The position numbers and the translations under genes are program-made. Positions 50,935-62,664 of a DNA stretch of 64,000 nt are shown here, one piece after another (within the stretch, counting starts at the first letter, position 1; each line of letters starts with the position of its first letter). The stretch covers positions 88,739-152,738 of the forward strand of contig CBDBZY010000043.1 in NCBI GenBank assembly GCA_965213685.1, written 5' to 3'. Source of the DNA: a bacterium (lineage in GTDB: Bacteria > UBA8248). The notes under the pieces are model-generated. The model was not told where the DNA came from. It worked only from the letters and a program-made list of their open reading frames with translations, and did not search any database.

Positions 50935-53900
50935 TCATTTGATAAGCACTACGGCTACGCAAATATCTTCGTACCCATGCTTTATTTTCCGGCGCGAAGT
51001 GATGTCGTACATCTGGCGCTCGTACCTTTTTTCAAGAGCCCTCAACCTCCCCTCATTAGCCGGTATCATGTTGTGGTGATTTTTCTGACGAAGATTTTCG
51101 ATGACGCGAAGAATGCTTTCCCGCCGTTTCTTATAATGGGAGGACAGGTTTCTTTCCTGAATATCCGCGCGGTCTTCATTTTGGGCTTCCTCCTCCTCGA
51201 CATAACGACGGAAGCGTGCGTCAAGATTTCCGAAGAGGCGGCTGTTGGCGATTTCAGCCGCACGCCTTAAATCGCACCTCCCTTTCGCTTCTGGCCAGGG
51301 CGCGCCCTTCGAGGCACAGGCGTTCGCGAGACGTTCCGCATCGTCTGCGTCGAGGAGCGTTTCCGGCCGGGCCAGGGGAAGGGCTGCGTAAGCGAGTTTC
51401 TCCACATCCCGAAGTCCCCGAACGGACCAGAGCGAAACCGCCAAGAGATACGTTCCCGGGGCGAGGGGCGGCTCGATGTCTCGCGCGGATATCTTTCCGG
51501 ACACGGCAGGACGAACCTGGGTGGCTGTTTCCGGAATTCGTTTGCTGACAAAGCGAACCAGCGGATGAAACTGGGAGATGATCTCCTTCCTGGCCGGGGT
51601 TGTGGCGATGACGCGGTTGTCGAACCGGCAGGGGACTGGCTTGATCGCGTCGTCCATGCGCGTTTGGCCAGTGAGGTGCTCCTTGCGGATGAAAGCCGAG
51701 AGGTCGTGCTGTGCTTTGACGGCAAGCGCAAGGTCGTATTCGTGTTTTTTGTCGTCGGTTTGCTTCCAGGTGCAGCCAGGGTAGTGCGTTTCCAGAAAGT
51801 CGCGCACGTAGGTGAACAGGTCGTTTCCGTCTATCCAGCGGTTCATCTCGCGAGCGGCGTGCACTTGCCGGAGTATGTAGTCTCCATACGCCACCAGATG
51901 CGCCGCCTGGGATTCGAGACGTTCCTCATCCTGTTTCTTTGTCGCTAGGGCCTGGGCGGTTTGGTCGATGCGCTCCTTTTCCTGTTCGGACGACAGACGC
52001 TTGGTAAGCAGATCGTCGGTGAGCTTCTTGATCTCCTCGCCCAGAATGGCTTCGAAATCGCCCAGTGCGTTTCGGCATAGGTCCAGCTTCTCGTAGAGGC
52101 GCTCATAGATGCGGGCGTCCACCGTATCCTCGTAGAAAAGGTTCCAGATGGACACTTTGCCGGCTTTTTGACCGAGGCGATCTACGCGGCCGATTCTCTG
52201 CTCAACGCGCATGGGGTTCCATGGAAGATCGTAATTGATCACCACCCATGAAAACTGAAGATCGACGCCTTCACCCCCGACTTCAGAGGACAGCAGGACG
52301 TTCGGCCCTTGAGGGGAGCGAAACTCCCGGATGATGTCGTCTTTGGACCGGGAGCCTCCTCCCCGGAGAATAATGCTCGGAACGTCGTCCCTGGCCAAAC
52401 GGTCCGCCAGGTACGCGAGCGTTCCCAGGAATGTGGAGAAAACGATGACCTTGTCCTTTGGATGCTCCTCGAAGAATTTCTTGAGTTCTTTGTGTAGCCG
52501 GGCGTATTTGCTGTCGCCGGATGCGAGGGTTTCGAAGTCGACGGCGAGTTTATGGGCGCGGTCCGCCAGCTTCGCTGTCAGCGGTCCCAGTTGCTGCCGC
52601 GAGACGTTCCCGTCGTCTTGATCCTCGGGAATATCAAGGCGGCGCTCCTTCCAGGATTTCAGTGCAGCCGGCATGCAACTGGCCATTTGGCGCTGGGGCA
52701 TCACGAGCAGGAAGCCCTTGCTGATGTCGCGCTCCCGACAGTAGTCGCTGACGATGTCCGTCACGGCATCGTAGAACTGGCGCTCCATCTCCGTCATCTC
52801 AATGAACTCGCGACGCGGCTCGCGAACGACGCGCCCCGCTTCCACGTCCCGCTTCCGGGTCCGGGTGAAGGTGTGCCCCAACAGGTTGATGGTTTCGAGT
52901 CGATGGGCGATGCGGCTTCGTTCCGCCCTCGAGTCGAGAGTCGCATCCGTCATCCTGTCCAGAAGGGTTTTGATTTGTCGGTTTCCTCTCAGCAGCGGAT
53001 TCCTTTCGGCTTGCGACAGCGTTTCGCGCAATTCGTCCGTTTTGCCCGCCAACGCCAGCTCCCGGGCGCGCACCAACGGTTCGTTGGCCCTGAGGATTCT
53101 CTCGAAATCTCCTTCTCGCTCGAAAGTGTCGGGATCGAGAAGGTGAAGGAGCGACAAAAGATCGCGGTTGCGGTTGTGGACGGGCGTTGCGGTCAGGAGG
53201 ACGCGGTATTCGGAAACGCCGCGCATCAACTCCCCCCAGCTTGTTGCGTTGGGTCTGCGGGTTGCGCATATGGTGCGCCTCGTCAACCACGAGCAGATCG
53301 ATGAGGGGCTCCTCGTTCGCCATTTTCATGAAGAAACTCCGCCAGGCGGGCGGAGGTGGCGTTGTTCCCGTTTTCTTCCCAGCCCCTCGGCGGACGCAAG
53401 CCGTCCATGCTCGCGATGATGGCGAATCCCCGCGCGCGGGCCTGGTCGTCTTTCAAGATTCTCAGGGTCTCCTTCGCGTCGCAGATGCTCGGGGATAGCC
53501 CCCATCTTGCTGGTGAGCTCGTCCCGCCATTTCTCCCTGAGTGCGGCAGGGCACAGGACGACCAGTTTTCTCAGGTTGAAGCGGCTCCTCAATTCTGTCC
53601 AAATCAACCCTGCCTCGATGGTTTTACCGAGCCCCACCTCATCCGCGATTAAAAGGCCTTTCGTCGCCGCCTGAAGGAGTTTGAGGACAGGTTTGAACTG
53701 ATACGCATAGAAATCCGTGTTGGTGGCTTCCATGCTGTAGATGATGTCCGCCAAGCGCCCGGTGAGACGGACGTGGAGCAGCGTTCTCCGCATATCCCGG
53801 GGGCTGATGAGCCTGCCGCTCCCAAGGAGGGTGAGCGGGTCCATCCGACCCTCAGGAAGCGGTTCGAGTTGATCCTCGGGAATGAACTCCCTCCTGTCGG

Positions 53901-54042
53901 AGAATTGAACGGGAATGAGCCACCGACCATTTCTGCCTCGGGGGTTCCCGCTCGCCACCGTGCCCATCCGTCCCACATCGTGGACCAGTCGCACCTGCGT
54001 CGCAGGCGGCCATCTCTCCTTGATTTCCTGCATCCCCTGCAT
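50935..54042 (-). CDS. SNF2-family helicase (RapA/DrmD-like), split by three +1 indels at about 53500, 53325 and 53235
   Basis: ADEVGLGKT, DEAHH, LTATP, GGEGVDLQF, YDLPWNPMRVEQRIGRVDR. Confidence 0.9.
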
Positions 54043-54364
54043 CCGGAGCGTCTCCTCCTCGCCTCTTCCTTAGTCTCTCATCCGCGCGGAAACCGGCCGG
54101 TTGTCCAGCGCGCCCGTTGTTGCGAAGCGTTGTTGCAGAAGTATTTATTATTATACCACACCACCCGAAGCGTCATTTCTGGAACCGGCGGGTTGTCCTG
54201 TGCGCAGGTATGGCGCGGCGGATGAAGGCGTTTCCTCTGTCCATGTTGCAGGCTATCATTATCCACCGGCGCGTCTTATGATGCATCCGGTCGGAAACGG
54301 CGGATTTTCCGATTCCGGGAGATGTCGGCGTGCGCACATGGACGAGGGGGCGGGCTGTCGGGCG

Positions 54365-56517
54365 ATGGGCCAGGCGGAAGGCGGACGCCCAGGCTCCGCC
54401 GCCGGACCGGAGGGGAGGGGAATCGACCCGCTCGCGCATCGTGGAGTCGCGGCGGGCGAACCGCAAGTTCCAGTATTGCACGATAGGCTGCACGGTCGTC
54501 CTGATAGGCGTATTGGGGTTCCTCTGCTACCGGATCTACATCGACGCCAGGGCCGACATCGAGCAGAGCTTCAACCGCCAGCAGCTGCGCCTCGTGCGGC
54601 AGGCCGGCGACCGCATCGCTTCGTTCCTGAATGACCTTACCGCCTCCCTGCGCTACAGCGCGCGCTTTTTGAACACCATCCAGGCGGATCACCCGGGCAG
54701 GGTGGCGGCGATGTCGGCCTTGTACGACAGGCTGGGAGGCCGCGTTCGCGTGAGCGAGGTGGGCTATCTGCAGGAGAAGAGCGCGTCGAACGCCGCCTTT
54801 TTCAAGGAATACGCCCCGAGGCTGGCGCGGTGCGTCAGGCCGGAGGACGCCTGCTTTTACGTCTTGCGCCACGAGGGGCGGAGGGTGGACCACCTCCTCG
54901 CGGTGGCCCCGGTGTCGAAGGGCGACTGGCTCTACGCGAAAGTCTCCACGGCCGCCCTCGCCCATGCGTTTGTCCTGCCCGTGCAGTCGGGAAGCCGGGG
55001 GCGGGCGTGGCTCGCCGACGGTGCGGGCAGGGTCGTCGTCTTTCCGGATTTCCCCGATTTGCGGGGGATGGGGTTGTCCGCCATCGCGGATGAGCTGGGC
55101 GATGCGCGGCTCGGGAGAATCGCCCGCCGGATGCGGGAGGAGGAGCGCGGGTTCGATTGGCACCTGGCGCTCGGGCGCGGGGAGAAGAGGACGGAAGGCC
55201 GGCGATACCTGACGGCCTTCAGCAACTTCCCGGTGGGCGAGGAGAGATGGATTTTCGCCGTCACGGCGCCATCGTCGGAGTTCGTCGGCCTGATCCGGCG
55301 CGGGTTCCGCAAGGGGCTGCTTTTGGCGGGCTTCGGGTTTGTCTCCCTGATTCTGGCGGTGCTGCTGATACTGGACAGGGAGCGCAGGCGCATCCGGGCC
55401 GAAGACAAGATCCATTGGTCCGAGCAGGTGTTGGAAAGCGGCAGGCGGCTCCAGGCGCTGTTCGACGGCATCACGGACGCCATCGGCATTCTGGACGGGG
55501 ATTTCCGCATCCAGACCCTCAACTGCTCGATGGCCAGGCTGTTCGGCCGCGAGATTTCCGAACTCCTGAACCAGAGGTGGGAGGCGTCGCCGCGCACCGC
55601 CGTGCCCGCCCCTTTCGTGGAGCGGGCCCCCGTCGTCGACACGTTCAAGACCGGCGCGCCCCGCTTTTTTGAAAAATCCATCGTCCGCGCCGATGGGGGG
55701 CGAATGGATCTGGAGTATTATACCTATCCGATTCTCGACGCTTCTGGCTCGACGCGGCAGGTGATTTTATATTTGAAGGACGTCAGCGAACGGAAGGTGC
55801 TCGAGAAGGAGGTGCGGCAGCGCGACAGGCTCTCCATCGTCGGGAAGATGAGCGCCCAGGTGGCGCACGAAATACGCAATCCGCTTTCGGCCATCAACCT
55901 GAACGCGGAGTTGCTCGGAGACGAGTTGTCGCAATTTCACGGGGGCGGACACCTCGGAGGCGTGGTCGTTGCTCGAATCCGTCAAGGCGGAAGTCGACAT
56001 CCTGAGCCAGGTGACGAACGATTACCTGAAATTCGTGCGGATGCCGAGTGCGGAGAGAGTCCCGGTCAACTGCAACGAGATGCTCGAGGATTTGCTGAAC
56101 TTCCACGCCGAGGTCGCCGCCAGCAGAAAGATTCGGATTGAGAGGGCACTGGCCGGGGACGTCCCGGAGGTTCCGCTGGACGAGACGCAGATGCGCGTCG
56201 CCATCCAGAACCTGATCCTCAACGGTTTTGACGCGATGCCCGACGGGGGGCGCCTCCTGATACGGACCGAGTCGGAGAACGGGCGCGTCGTCATCCGGAT
56301 ATCGGACACCGGCGTGGGGATCAGCCGCGAGGATCAGGCCTCCCTGTTCACGCCGTTTTTCACGACGAAGGCGAACGGAACCGGCCTCGGCCTGGCCCTG
56401 ACCCAGCAGATCGTCGCCGAGCACGAGGGGAGCATCCGCTTTGAAAGCGAGGAGGGGGCGGGCGCCACGTTCGTCGTCGAGCTGCCTCTCGCTGCGCTTC
56501 GGGAGGCGGGCGCATGA
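54365..56517 (+). CDS. Membrane sensor histidine kinase (extracellular sensor, PAS, HisKA, HATPase); frameshift near 55945; start uncertain
   Basis: Two TM segments, VAHEIRNPL, NLILNGFDAM, DTGVG, FFTTK..GTGLGL. Confidence 0.9.
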
Positions 56518-57890
56518 GCGGCGGCGGGGCGCGCGTGCTGGTGGTGGACGATAAGCGCGGCAGCCGGGAGGCGCTCCGGAAGATGCTCGCCAAGGAGGGG
56601 TTCGACGTCGCCATGGCCCACGATGCGGAAACCGCCGCCGGGATGTTCGACGCGAATCCCGCGAGCCTGGTGATCACCGACCTCAGAATGCCCGGAATGG
56701 ACGGCATCGGCCTGCTCCGGGACATCAAGCGCATCAGCCCGGAGACGGAGGTGATCCTGATTTCCGGGGCCGGGAGCATCGAATCGGCCGTCGAGGCGAT
56801 GCGCGAGGGGGCGTACGACTTTCTGACCAAGCCCCTGGAGCGCGTGGTGCTTCTCAAGGCGATAGGCAAGGCGCGCGAAAAGCAGGCGCTCATGCGCGAA
56901 AACGCGGATTTGAGGGCGCAGCTGCAAAGCTTTCGGGATGATTCGGGGATGATAGGGAACCACCCCTCGATTCGCCGGGTGAAGGAGATGGTGCGCCAGG
57001 TGGCGCCCACGTCCGCCACGGCGCTGATCCTCGGCGAGAGCGGAACGGGCAAGGAGCTGGTGGCGAGCGCCCTGCACGAGGCGAGCGAGAGGGCGGACAA
57101 GCCCATGGTGAAGCTGAACTGCGCCGCGCTGCCGGAGAGCCTCCTGGAGAGCGAGCTGTTCGGCTATGAGCGCGGGGCGTTCACCGGCGCGGTGGGCCGA
57201 AAGGCGGGCCACTTCGAGCGCGCGCACGGGGGCACGCTGTTTCTCGACGAGATCGGGGATATGCCCCTCGTCCTGCAGCCGAAAATTCTTCGCGTCCTCC
57301 AGGAGGGCGAGTTCGAGCGCGTCGGCGGGAGCGAGACGCTGCGGGTCGACGTGCGCATCGTGGCCTCCACCAACGTGGATTTGGAGGCCGCCGTGGCCGA
57401 GAGGACGTTTCGCGAAGACCTCTACTATCGCCTGAACGTGATCAGCATCCACCTGCCCGCCCTGCGGGATCGACGAAGCGACATCCCCCTGCTCGCCGAG
57501 CATTTCGTCCAGCGCTACGCCGCGAAGAACCATCGCCCGCCGCTCGCCTTCTCGCGCGAGGCGCTCGACGCGATGTCGAACTACCATTGGCCGGGAAACG
57601 TGCGGGAGCTCGAGAACACGGTGGAGCGCGCCGTGGTGCTGGGCGCGGGGGAAATCCTCTCGGTGGATGACCTGCCGGCGCAGATCGCCCGGGGCGAACC
57701 CCCGGGGGAGGAGCACCGGATGGCGTCGGACGCGCCGGTCATCAGCGTGGGGGTCGGCACCCCGCTCGCCGACGTCGAACGCCAGGTCATCCTGGAGACC
57801 CTCCGGCATACCGGCGGCGACAAGAGCGCGGCCGCCCGCCTCCTGAAAATCGCCACGCGCACCATCTACCGAAAGCTGGCCCAAGGCTGA
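56514..57890 (+). CDS. Sigma54-dependent response regulator (NtrC/AtoC family)
   Basis: Receiver domain, GESGTGKE, GAFTGA, WPGNVREL, Fis-type HTH. Confidence 0.95.
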   Translation: MSGGGARVLVVDDKRGSREALRKMLAKEGFDVAMAHDAETAAGMFDANPASLVITDLRMPGMDGIGLLRDIKRISPETEVILISGAGSIESAVEAMREGAYDFLTKPLERVVLLKAIGKAREKQALMRENADLRAQLQSFRDDSGMIGNHPSIRRVKEMVRQVAPTSATALILGESGTGKELVASALHEASERADKPMVKLNCAALPESLLESELFGYERGAFTGAVGRKAGHFERAHGGTLFLDEIGDMPLVLQPKILRVLQEGEFERVGGSETLRVDVRIVASTNVDLEAAVAERTFREDLYYRLNVISIHLPALRDRRSDIPLLAEHFVQRYAAKNHRPPLAFSREALDAMSNYHWPGNVRELENTVERAVVLGAGEILSVDDLPAQIARGEPPGEEHRMASDAPVISVGVGTPLADVERQVILETLRHTGGDKSAAARLLKIATRTIYRKLAQG

Positions 57891-57988
57891 ACGCCGGCCC
57901 CTTCGCCCGCGCCTCGCCCGCCGCGTGGGCGATTGTGGGCGGTTGTGGCACACTGCGGGGGACTTGTGGAGGGGGAGGCTTGCGGGGA

Positions 57989-58699
57989 GTGGCGCCGATA
58001 CGGGGTCGTTTCATCACGTTCGAGGGGGTGGAGGGTTCCGGCAAATCCACCCAGGTGGCGCTTCTGCGGGAGTGGATGGAGGAGGCGGGCGTCGCCGTGC
58101 GCGCCACGCGGGAGCCCGGCGGGACGAGGATCGGGGAGGAGATACGGGAGTTGCTCCTCGCCCCGCGCGAAGAAGCCCTGGACCCGGCGGCGGAGCTCCT
58201 CCTCTATGAAGCGGCCAGGGCACAGCACGTGCGGGAGGTGATTCGGCCCGCCCTCGAGGCGGGGTGCCACGTTCTGTGCGATCGCTTTTTCGACTCCACG
58301 ACGGCCTACCAGGCGTTCGGGCGGGGGCTGGACGAGCGGGTGGTGCTGGAGCTGAACCGGATGGCGAGCGGGGGGATTGTCCCTGACCTCACCTTCCTGC
58401 TCTCCGTCCCGATCGAGGTGGGCATCGCCCGCGTGCGCGGCGCAAACGCGAAGGCGCAGTTGCCCCTGTCGTTTTTGCTGACCCAGCCTCCGGATCCGAT
58501 GGAGCGCGAGAGCCTGGCGTTTCACCGGAGGGTGGAGGCGGGCTTTCGGACGCTGGCGGCGCGGGAGCCGGAGCGTTTTCGCGTGCTGGGCGCGGGAACG
58601 GCGCGGCAGGTGCACGAGAGAGTGGTGGCCATTTTGGGGGAGGAGTTCGCATGGGCTGGGAGTCCATCCGCGGCCAGGACGCCGCACTCCGTCTCCTGA
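57989..58699 (+). CDS. tmk: Thymidylate kinase
   Basis: FEGVEGSGKST, REPGGT, CDRF..STTAYQ. Confidence 0.95.
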   Translation: MAPIRGRFITFEGVEGSGKSTQVALLREWMEEAGVAVRATREPGGTRIGEEIRELLLAPREEALDPAAELLLYEAARAQHVREVIRPALEAGCHVLCDRFFDSTTAYQAFGRGLDERVVLELNRMASGGIVPDLTFLLSVPIEVGIARVRGANAKAQLPLSFLLTQPPDPMERESLAFHRRVEAGFRTLAAREPERFRVLGAGTARQVHERVVAILGEEFAWAGSPSAARTPHSVS

Positions 58700-59688
58700 G
58701 CAGGGACGTCGCGTCGGGGCAGGTGGCGAGCGCCTATCTGTTTCATGGCCCCGACGGGGTCGGCAAGGCGAGCGCGGCGCGCCTTTTCGCCCAGGCGTTG
58801 CAGTGCTTGGGGGACTCCCCGCCGTGCGGGGGTTGCCGCGCGTGCGAGAAGGCGCGCGCGGGGACGCATCCGGACGTCATCGGCGTTCGGCCGGAATCGG
58901 GGGCGCGCTCCATCGGCGTGGGGTTGATTCGCGAGGAGGTCATCTGGCGCTCCCACCAGCGTCCCAACGAGGGGATGCGGCAGGTCTTCATCATCGAAGA
59001 CGCGCACATGCTGACGCCCCAGAGCCAGAACGTCCTGCTCAAGACGCTGGAGGAGCCGGGCGCCGACACGATTCTGATCCTGGTGACCCCCAGCCTCTAT
59101 ACGCTGCTGCCCACCGTCGTCTCGCGCTGCAGGAGGCTCCGGTTCCAGGCGCTCTCTCTCGCGGATTTGGTCGCCATCCTCCGGGCGCGGCGCGGGGGCG
59201 ACGACGCGGAGGTGGAGGCGCTCGTCTCCCTGAGCATGGGGAGGTTGGGCGTCGCCCTCTCCTCCGAGCCGGAGGCGCTGGCCGAGCGGCGCGATGAGGC
59301 GGTGGCGTTTCTCGAGGGGTTGAGCGCGCCGGCGGGCGATGAGGTGGCGCTCATCACGCTGGCGACGAAGAGGGCGGGGAGCGGGACTTCGGGGAGAAAC
59401 GAGGCGATTCTCTTTTTGGAAATGCTTCGCGGGCTGCTTCGCGATATACTCATCCTCCGGGAGGCGCCCGGGACGCTCGGGTTGTGGCATGCGGACATTC
59501 GCGCCGCCCTGGCCGAGATGGGAGATCGTTGGGGAAGCGCGGGCTTGACCGGAGCCCTTGAAAGGGTGGGGCGGGCCATGCAGGATGTCGGAGTGGGCAA
59601 CACGAACGCATCCCTGACGCTGGAGGCTTTGATATATTCCCTGCGGAGGACGGTCTCCGCAGGGCCTAGCGTAGAGGTGAGGAAATGA
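58651..59688 (+). CDS. holB: DNA polymerase III delta' subunit
   Basis: AYLFHGPDGVGK, C..CGGCRAC, HPD, LLKTLEEP, SRC. Confidence 0.93.
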   Translation: MGWESIRGQDAALRLLSRDVASGQVASAYLFHGPDGVGKASAARLFAQALQCLGDSPPCGGCRACEKARAGTHPDVIGVRPESGARSIGVGLIREEVIWRSHQRPNEGMRQVFIIEDAHMLTPQSQNVLLKTLEEPGADTILILVTPSLYTLLPTVVSRCRRLRFQALSLADLVAILRARRGGDDAEVEALVSLSMGRLGVALSSEPEALAERRDEAVAFLEGLSAPAGDEVALITLATKRAGSGTSGRNEAILFLEMLRGLLRDILILREAPGTLGLWHADIRAALAEMGDRWGSAGLTGALERVGRAMQDVGVGNTNASLTLEALIYSLRRTVSAGPSVEVRK

Positions 59689-60629
59689 GAGAGGAATCCG
59701 GTGGCGGCACGGCAGCGGAGGCGCCGCCCGAGAGCAGGAAAGTTCGCGTGGTCGGCGTCAAGACCCGCTTTGGCGCGCGGCCCGTCTATCATGCGTATGG
59801 GGATTTGCGCCTCCGGGTCGGCGCGCGGGTCATGCGCAGGACGGCGGATGGGGACACGGAGTTTGGCGAAGTGTCCGAGAATCCCCGCATCATGGACGCG
59901 CGCTATTACCCGACCCCCCTCCCCGAGGTGATTCGGCTGGCGACCGAGGAGGACGAGAAGAGGGTGGTGCGCACCGAGGCGAACGAGAGGGTGGCGTATG
60001 ATTTTTGCCGAAGGAAAATCTCGGAGCTGAAGCTGCCCATGCGCCTCATCGAGGTGCGCTACCTGCACTCGAACAAGAAGGCGACGTTCTACTTCTCCGC
60101 CGACGGCCGCGTGGATTTCCGGAAGCTGGTGCGGACGCTCTCCGAGCGATTCTCCGTTCGCGTGGAGATGCGCCAGATCGGCGTTCGCGACGAGGCGGGG
60201 ATGAAGGGCGGCTGCGGGGATTGCGGGCGCACCTATTGCTGCAGCTCCTTTCTCAAGTCGTTCGACCCGATTTCCGTTCGCATGGCGAAGGATCAGAACC
60301 TGAGCCTGAACCCCGCCAAGCTCTCCGGCGGGTGCGGGCGGCTGAAGTGCTGCCTTCGCTTCGAGCACTCCCACTACGTGTCGGTGAAGAAGAGGCTTCC
60401 CGCGTGCAAGAAGAAAGTCGGCGGCTGCGACTGCGGCGCCGTCGTCGTCCGACAGGACCTGCTGAAGGAGGAGGTGACCATCGCCCTGGAAACCGGAGAT
60501 TTCATGACGGTGGGCGCAAACGACCTGATGCGCCTGCCCACCGGCCAGTATTCTCTCAAAGAGGGAAAGGGCGCGGCGGTCGATGCGGCCGGCGAGGCGG
60601 CGCGAAAGGAAACCGGCCCGAGAGAATGA
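59685..60629 (+). CDS. ricT: PSP1-domain protein (RicT/YaaT family)
   Basis: RVDFRKLV, RQIGVRDEA, CGR..CC, SG.CGRLKCCL; conserved tmk-holB-ricT-metG order. Confidence 0.9.
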   Translation: MREESGGGTAAEAPPESRKVRVVGVKTRFGARPVYHAYGDLRLRVGARVMRRTADGDTEFGEVSENPRIMDARYYPTPLPEVIRLATEEDEKRVVRTEANERVAYDFCRRKISELKLPMRLIEVRYLHSNKKATFYFSADGRVDFRKLVRTLSERFSVRVEMRQIGVRDEAGMKGGCGDCGRTYCCSSFLKSFDPISVRMAKDQNLSLNPAKLSGGCGRLKCCLRFEHSHYVSVKKRLPACKKKVGGCDCGAVVVRQDLLKEEVTIALETGDFMTVGANDLMRLPTGQYSLKEGKGAAVDAAGEAARKETGPRE

Positions 60630-62623
60630 GAAAAAAACCGTTTTACGTCTCCACCCCGATCTATTACGTGAACGACAAGCCGCATCTGGGCCACGCCTAC
60701 ACGACGGTGGCGTGCGACGCCAAGGCGCGCTTTCACAGGCTGCTGGGCGAGCCGACCCGGTTTCTGACCGGCACGGACGAACACGGCCAGAAGCTCGAGC
60801 GCGCCGCCCGCGAGGCGGGCATGGCACCCCAGGCGTTCTGCGACATGAACAGCGCGAAATTCCGCGCGCTCTGGGAGAAACTCGACATCTCCTATGACGA
60901 TTACATCCGCACGACCGAGGAGCGGCACGTCCGGGGCGTGCAGGAGCTCTGGCGGCGCGTGGAGGCGGCGGGCGACATCTACCTCGGCTCCTACGCCGGA
61001 TGGTACGCCGTTCGGGACGAGGCCTTCTACACCGAGAGCGAGCTCGCCGACGGGCCGGAGGGGGCGAAGCTGGCCCCCACCGGGGCCGAGGTCGAGTGGG
61101 TGGAGGAGCCGAGCTACTTCTTTCGCCTCAGCAAGTTCCAAGAGCCGCTCCTCGAGCACTACGAGAAAAACCCGCTCTTCATCCGGCCCGGGAGCCGCAG
61201 GAACGAGGTGATGCGCTTTGTGCGGGGGGGCCTCAAGGACCTCTCCCTCTCGCGCACGAGCTTTCGGTGGGGCATCCCCGTCCCGGGGGATGAGAAGCAC
61301 GTGATCTACGTGTGGTTCGACGCCCTGAGCAACTACCTGACGGCGCCCGGCTTCGATGAGAACGGCATCCGCGAGGGGAGCCCCTGGCCGACGGACCAGC
61401 ATTTTATCGGAAAGGACATCCTGCGGTTTCACGCCGTCTACTGGCCCGCGTTCCTGCTCTCCGCGGGCGTGCCCCTGCCCAGGCAGGTCTACAGCCACGG
61501 GTGGTGGACCGTCGAGGGACAGAAGATGTCCAAGAGCCTGGGCAACGCGGTGGACCCGCACTGGCTGATCGAGGAATACGGCGTGGACGCCATTCGTTAT
61601 TTTCTGCTCCGGGAGATCCCCTTCGGGCTGGACGGCGACTTCTCCCACGCCGCGCTCATCGACCGCATCAACAGCGACCTCGCGAACGATCTCGGCAACC
61701 TCCTGCACCGGACGCTGAACATGGTGAAGCGCTACCGGAGCGGCCGTCTCAGGCGCTCGGAGGCAGGGGAGGGGGACGCCGAGCGCGCGTTTTGCGCGTT
61801 CGTCGCCGAGGCGGCCCGCAAATACGAGCGCGGCATGTCGGCCGCGCACTTCCAAAACGGCCTGCGCGCCGCCTGGGGGGTGATATCGTTCGCCAACAAG
61901 TATATCGACGCGAGCGCTCCCTGGAAGCTGGCGAAGGAGGGGAGAGACGAGGCCCGGCTGGACGCGGTGCTCTGGCATACCGTGGCCGCGATTCGCGTCG
62001 TCGCGGCCATGATATCCCCCGTCATGCCCGGCTCCGCGCGCAGGATGGCGGCCCAACTGGGCCTGCCCGCCGACTGGGCGCGGGCACCCTGCGCCGAGTT
62101 GCTGGACATGCGCCGGCTGCCGGACGCGCTGCTCACCAGGCTGGGCGACCCGCTGTTCCCCCGCATCGAGGACGACGCCAGGGTGTCCATCCGGGAGAAG
62201 GTGGCCAGGCGCATCGCCGGCGGGGCGGAAGCCGCCTCCGCGGAGGAGTCCGCGCCTGTGGAGGAGGCCGCGCCCGGCGGAGGAGAGGACGCCGCCGGGG
62301 AGCAAATATCCTTCGAGGAATTCCAGAAGATGGACTTGCGGGCGGCCCAGGTCGTGGAGGCCGCGCGGATTCCCAGGTCGAAAAACCTGCTCCGGCTCAC
62401 CGTCTCCCTGGGCGGAGAAACCCGGACCGTGGTGGCCGGCCTCGCGCGGCATTACGCGCCCGAGGAGCTGCCGGGCCGCAAGGTGATACTGGTGGCCAAC
62501 CTCCAGCCCGCCCGGCTGATGGGGGTGGAGTCGCGCGGCATGGTGCTCGCGGCCGTGGACGGCGAGAGCCTCCTCCTCGCGGGCGTCGATGAGCGGACGC
62601 CGCCGGGTGCGCCGATTCGATAG
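60626..62623 (+). CDS. metG: Methionyl-tRNA synthetase with C-terminal tRNA-binding domain
   Basis: PIYYVN..HLGH, GTDEHGQK, KMSKS, GVESRGM. Confidence 0.97.
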   Translation: MRKKPFYVSTPIYYVNDKPHLGHAYTTVACDAKARFHRLLGEPTRFLTGTDEHGQKLERAAREAGMAPQAFCDMNSAKFRALWEKLDISYDDYIRTTEERHVRGVQELWRRVEAAGDIYLGSYAGWYAVRDEAFYTESELADGPEGAKLAPTGAEVEWVEEPSYFFRLSKFQEPLLEHYEKNPLFIRPGSRRNEVMRFVRGGLKDLSLSRTSFRWGIPVPGDEKHVIYVWFDALSNYLTAPGFDENGIREGSPWPTDQHFIGKDILRFHAVYWPAFLLSAGVPLPRQVYSHGWWTVEGQKMSKSLGNAVDPHWLIEEYGVDAIRYFLLREIPFGLDGDFSHAALIDRINSDLANDLGNLLHRTLNMVKRYRSGRLRRSEAGEGDAERAFCAFVAEAARKYERGMSAAHFQNGLRAAWGVISFANKYIDASAPWKLAKEGRDEARLDAVLWHTVAAIRVVAAMISPVMPGSARRMAAQLGLPADWARAPCAELLDMRRLPDALLTRLGDPLFPRIEDDARVSIREKVARRIAGGAEAASAEESAPVEEAAPGGGEDAAGEQISFEEFQKMDLRAAQVVEAARIPRSKNLLRLTVSLGGETRTVVAGLARHYAPEELPGRKVILVANLQPARLMGVESRGMVLAAVDGESLLLAGVDERTPPGAPIR

Positions 62624-62664
62624 GCGAAACAGCCCCCCTCTGCGGGGGGACAGGAGGTTGTCGC

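Noticed and set aside
28926-55960. Frameshifts in acpS, the last KS, prmA, SNF2 and the kinase as pseudogenes or programmed frameshifts
   Set aside because: Those I could localise are +1 insertions in short homopolymers within otherwise intact genes, the signature of long-read consensus error.
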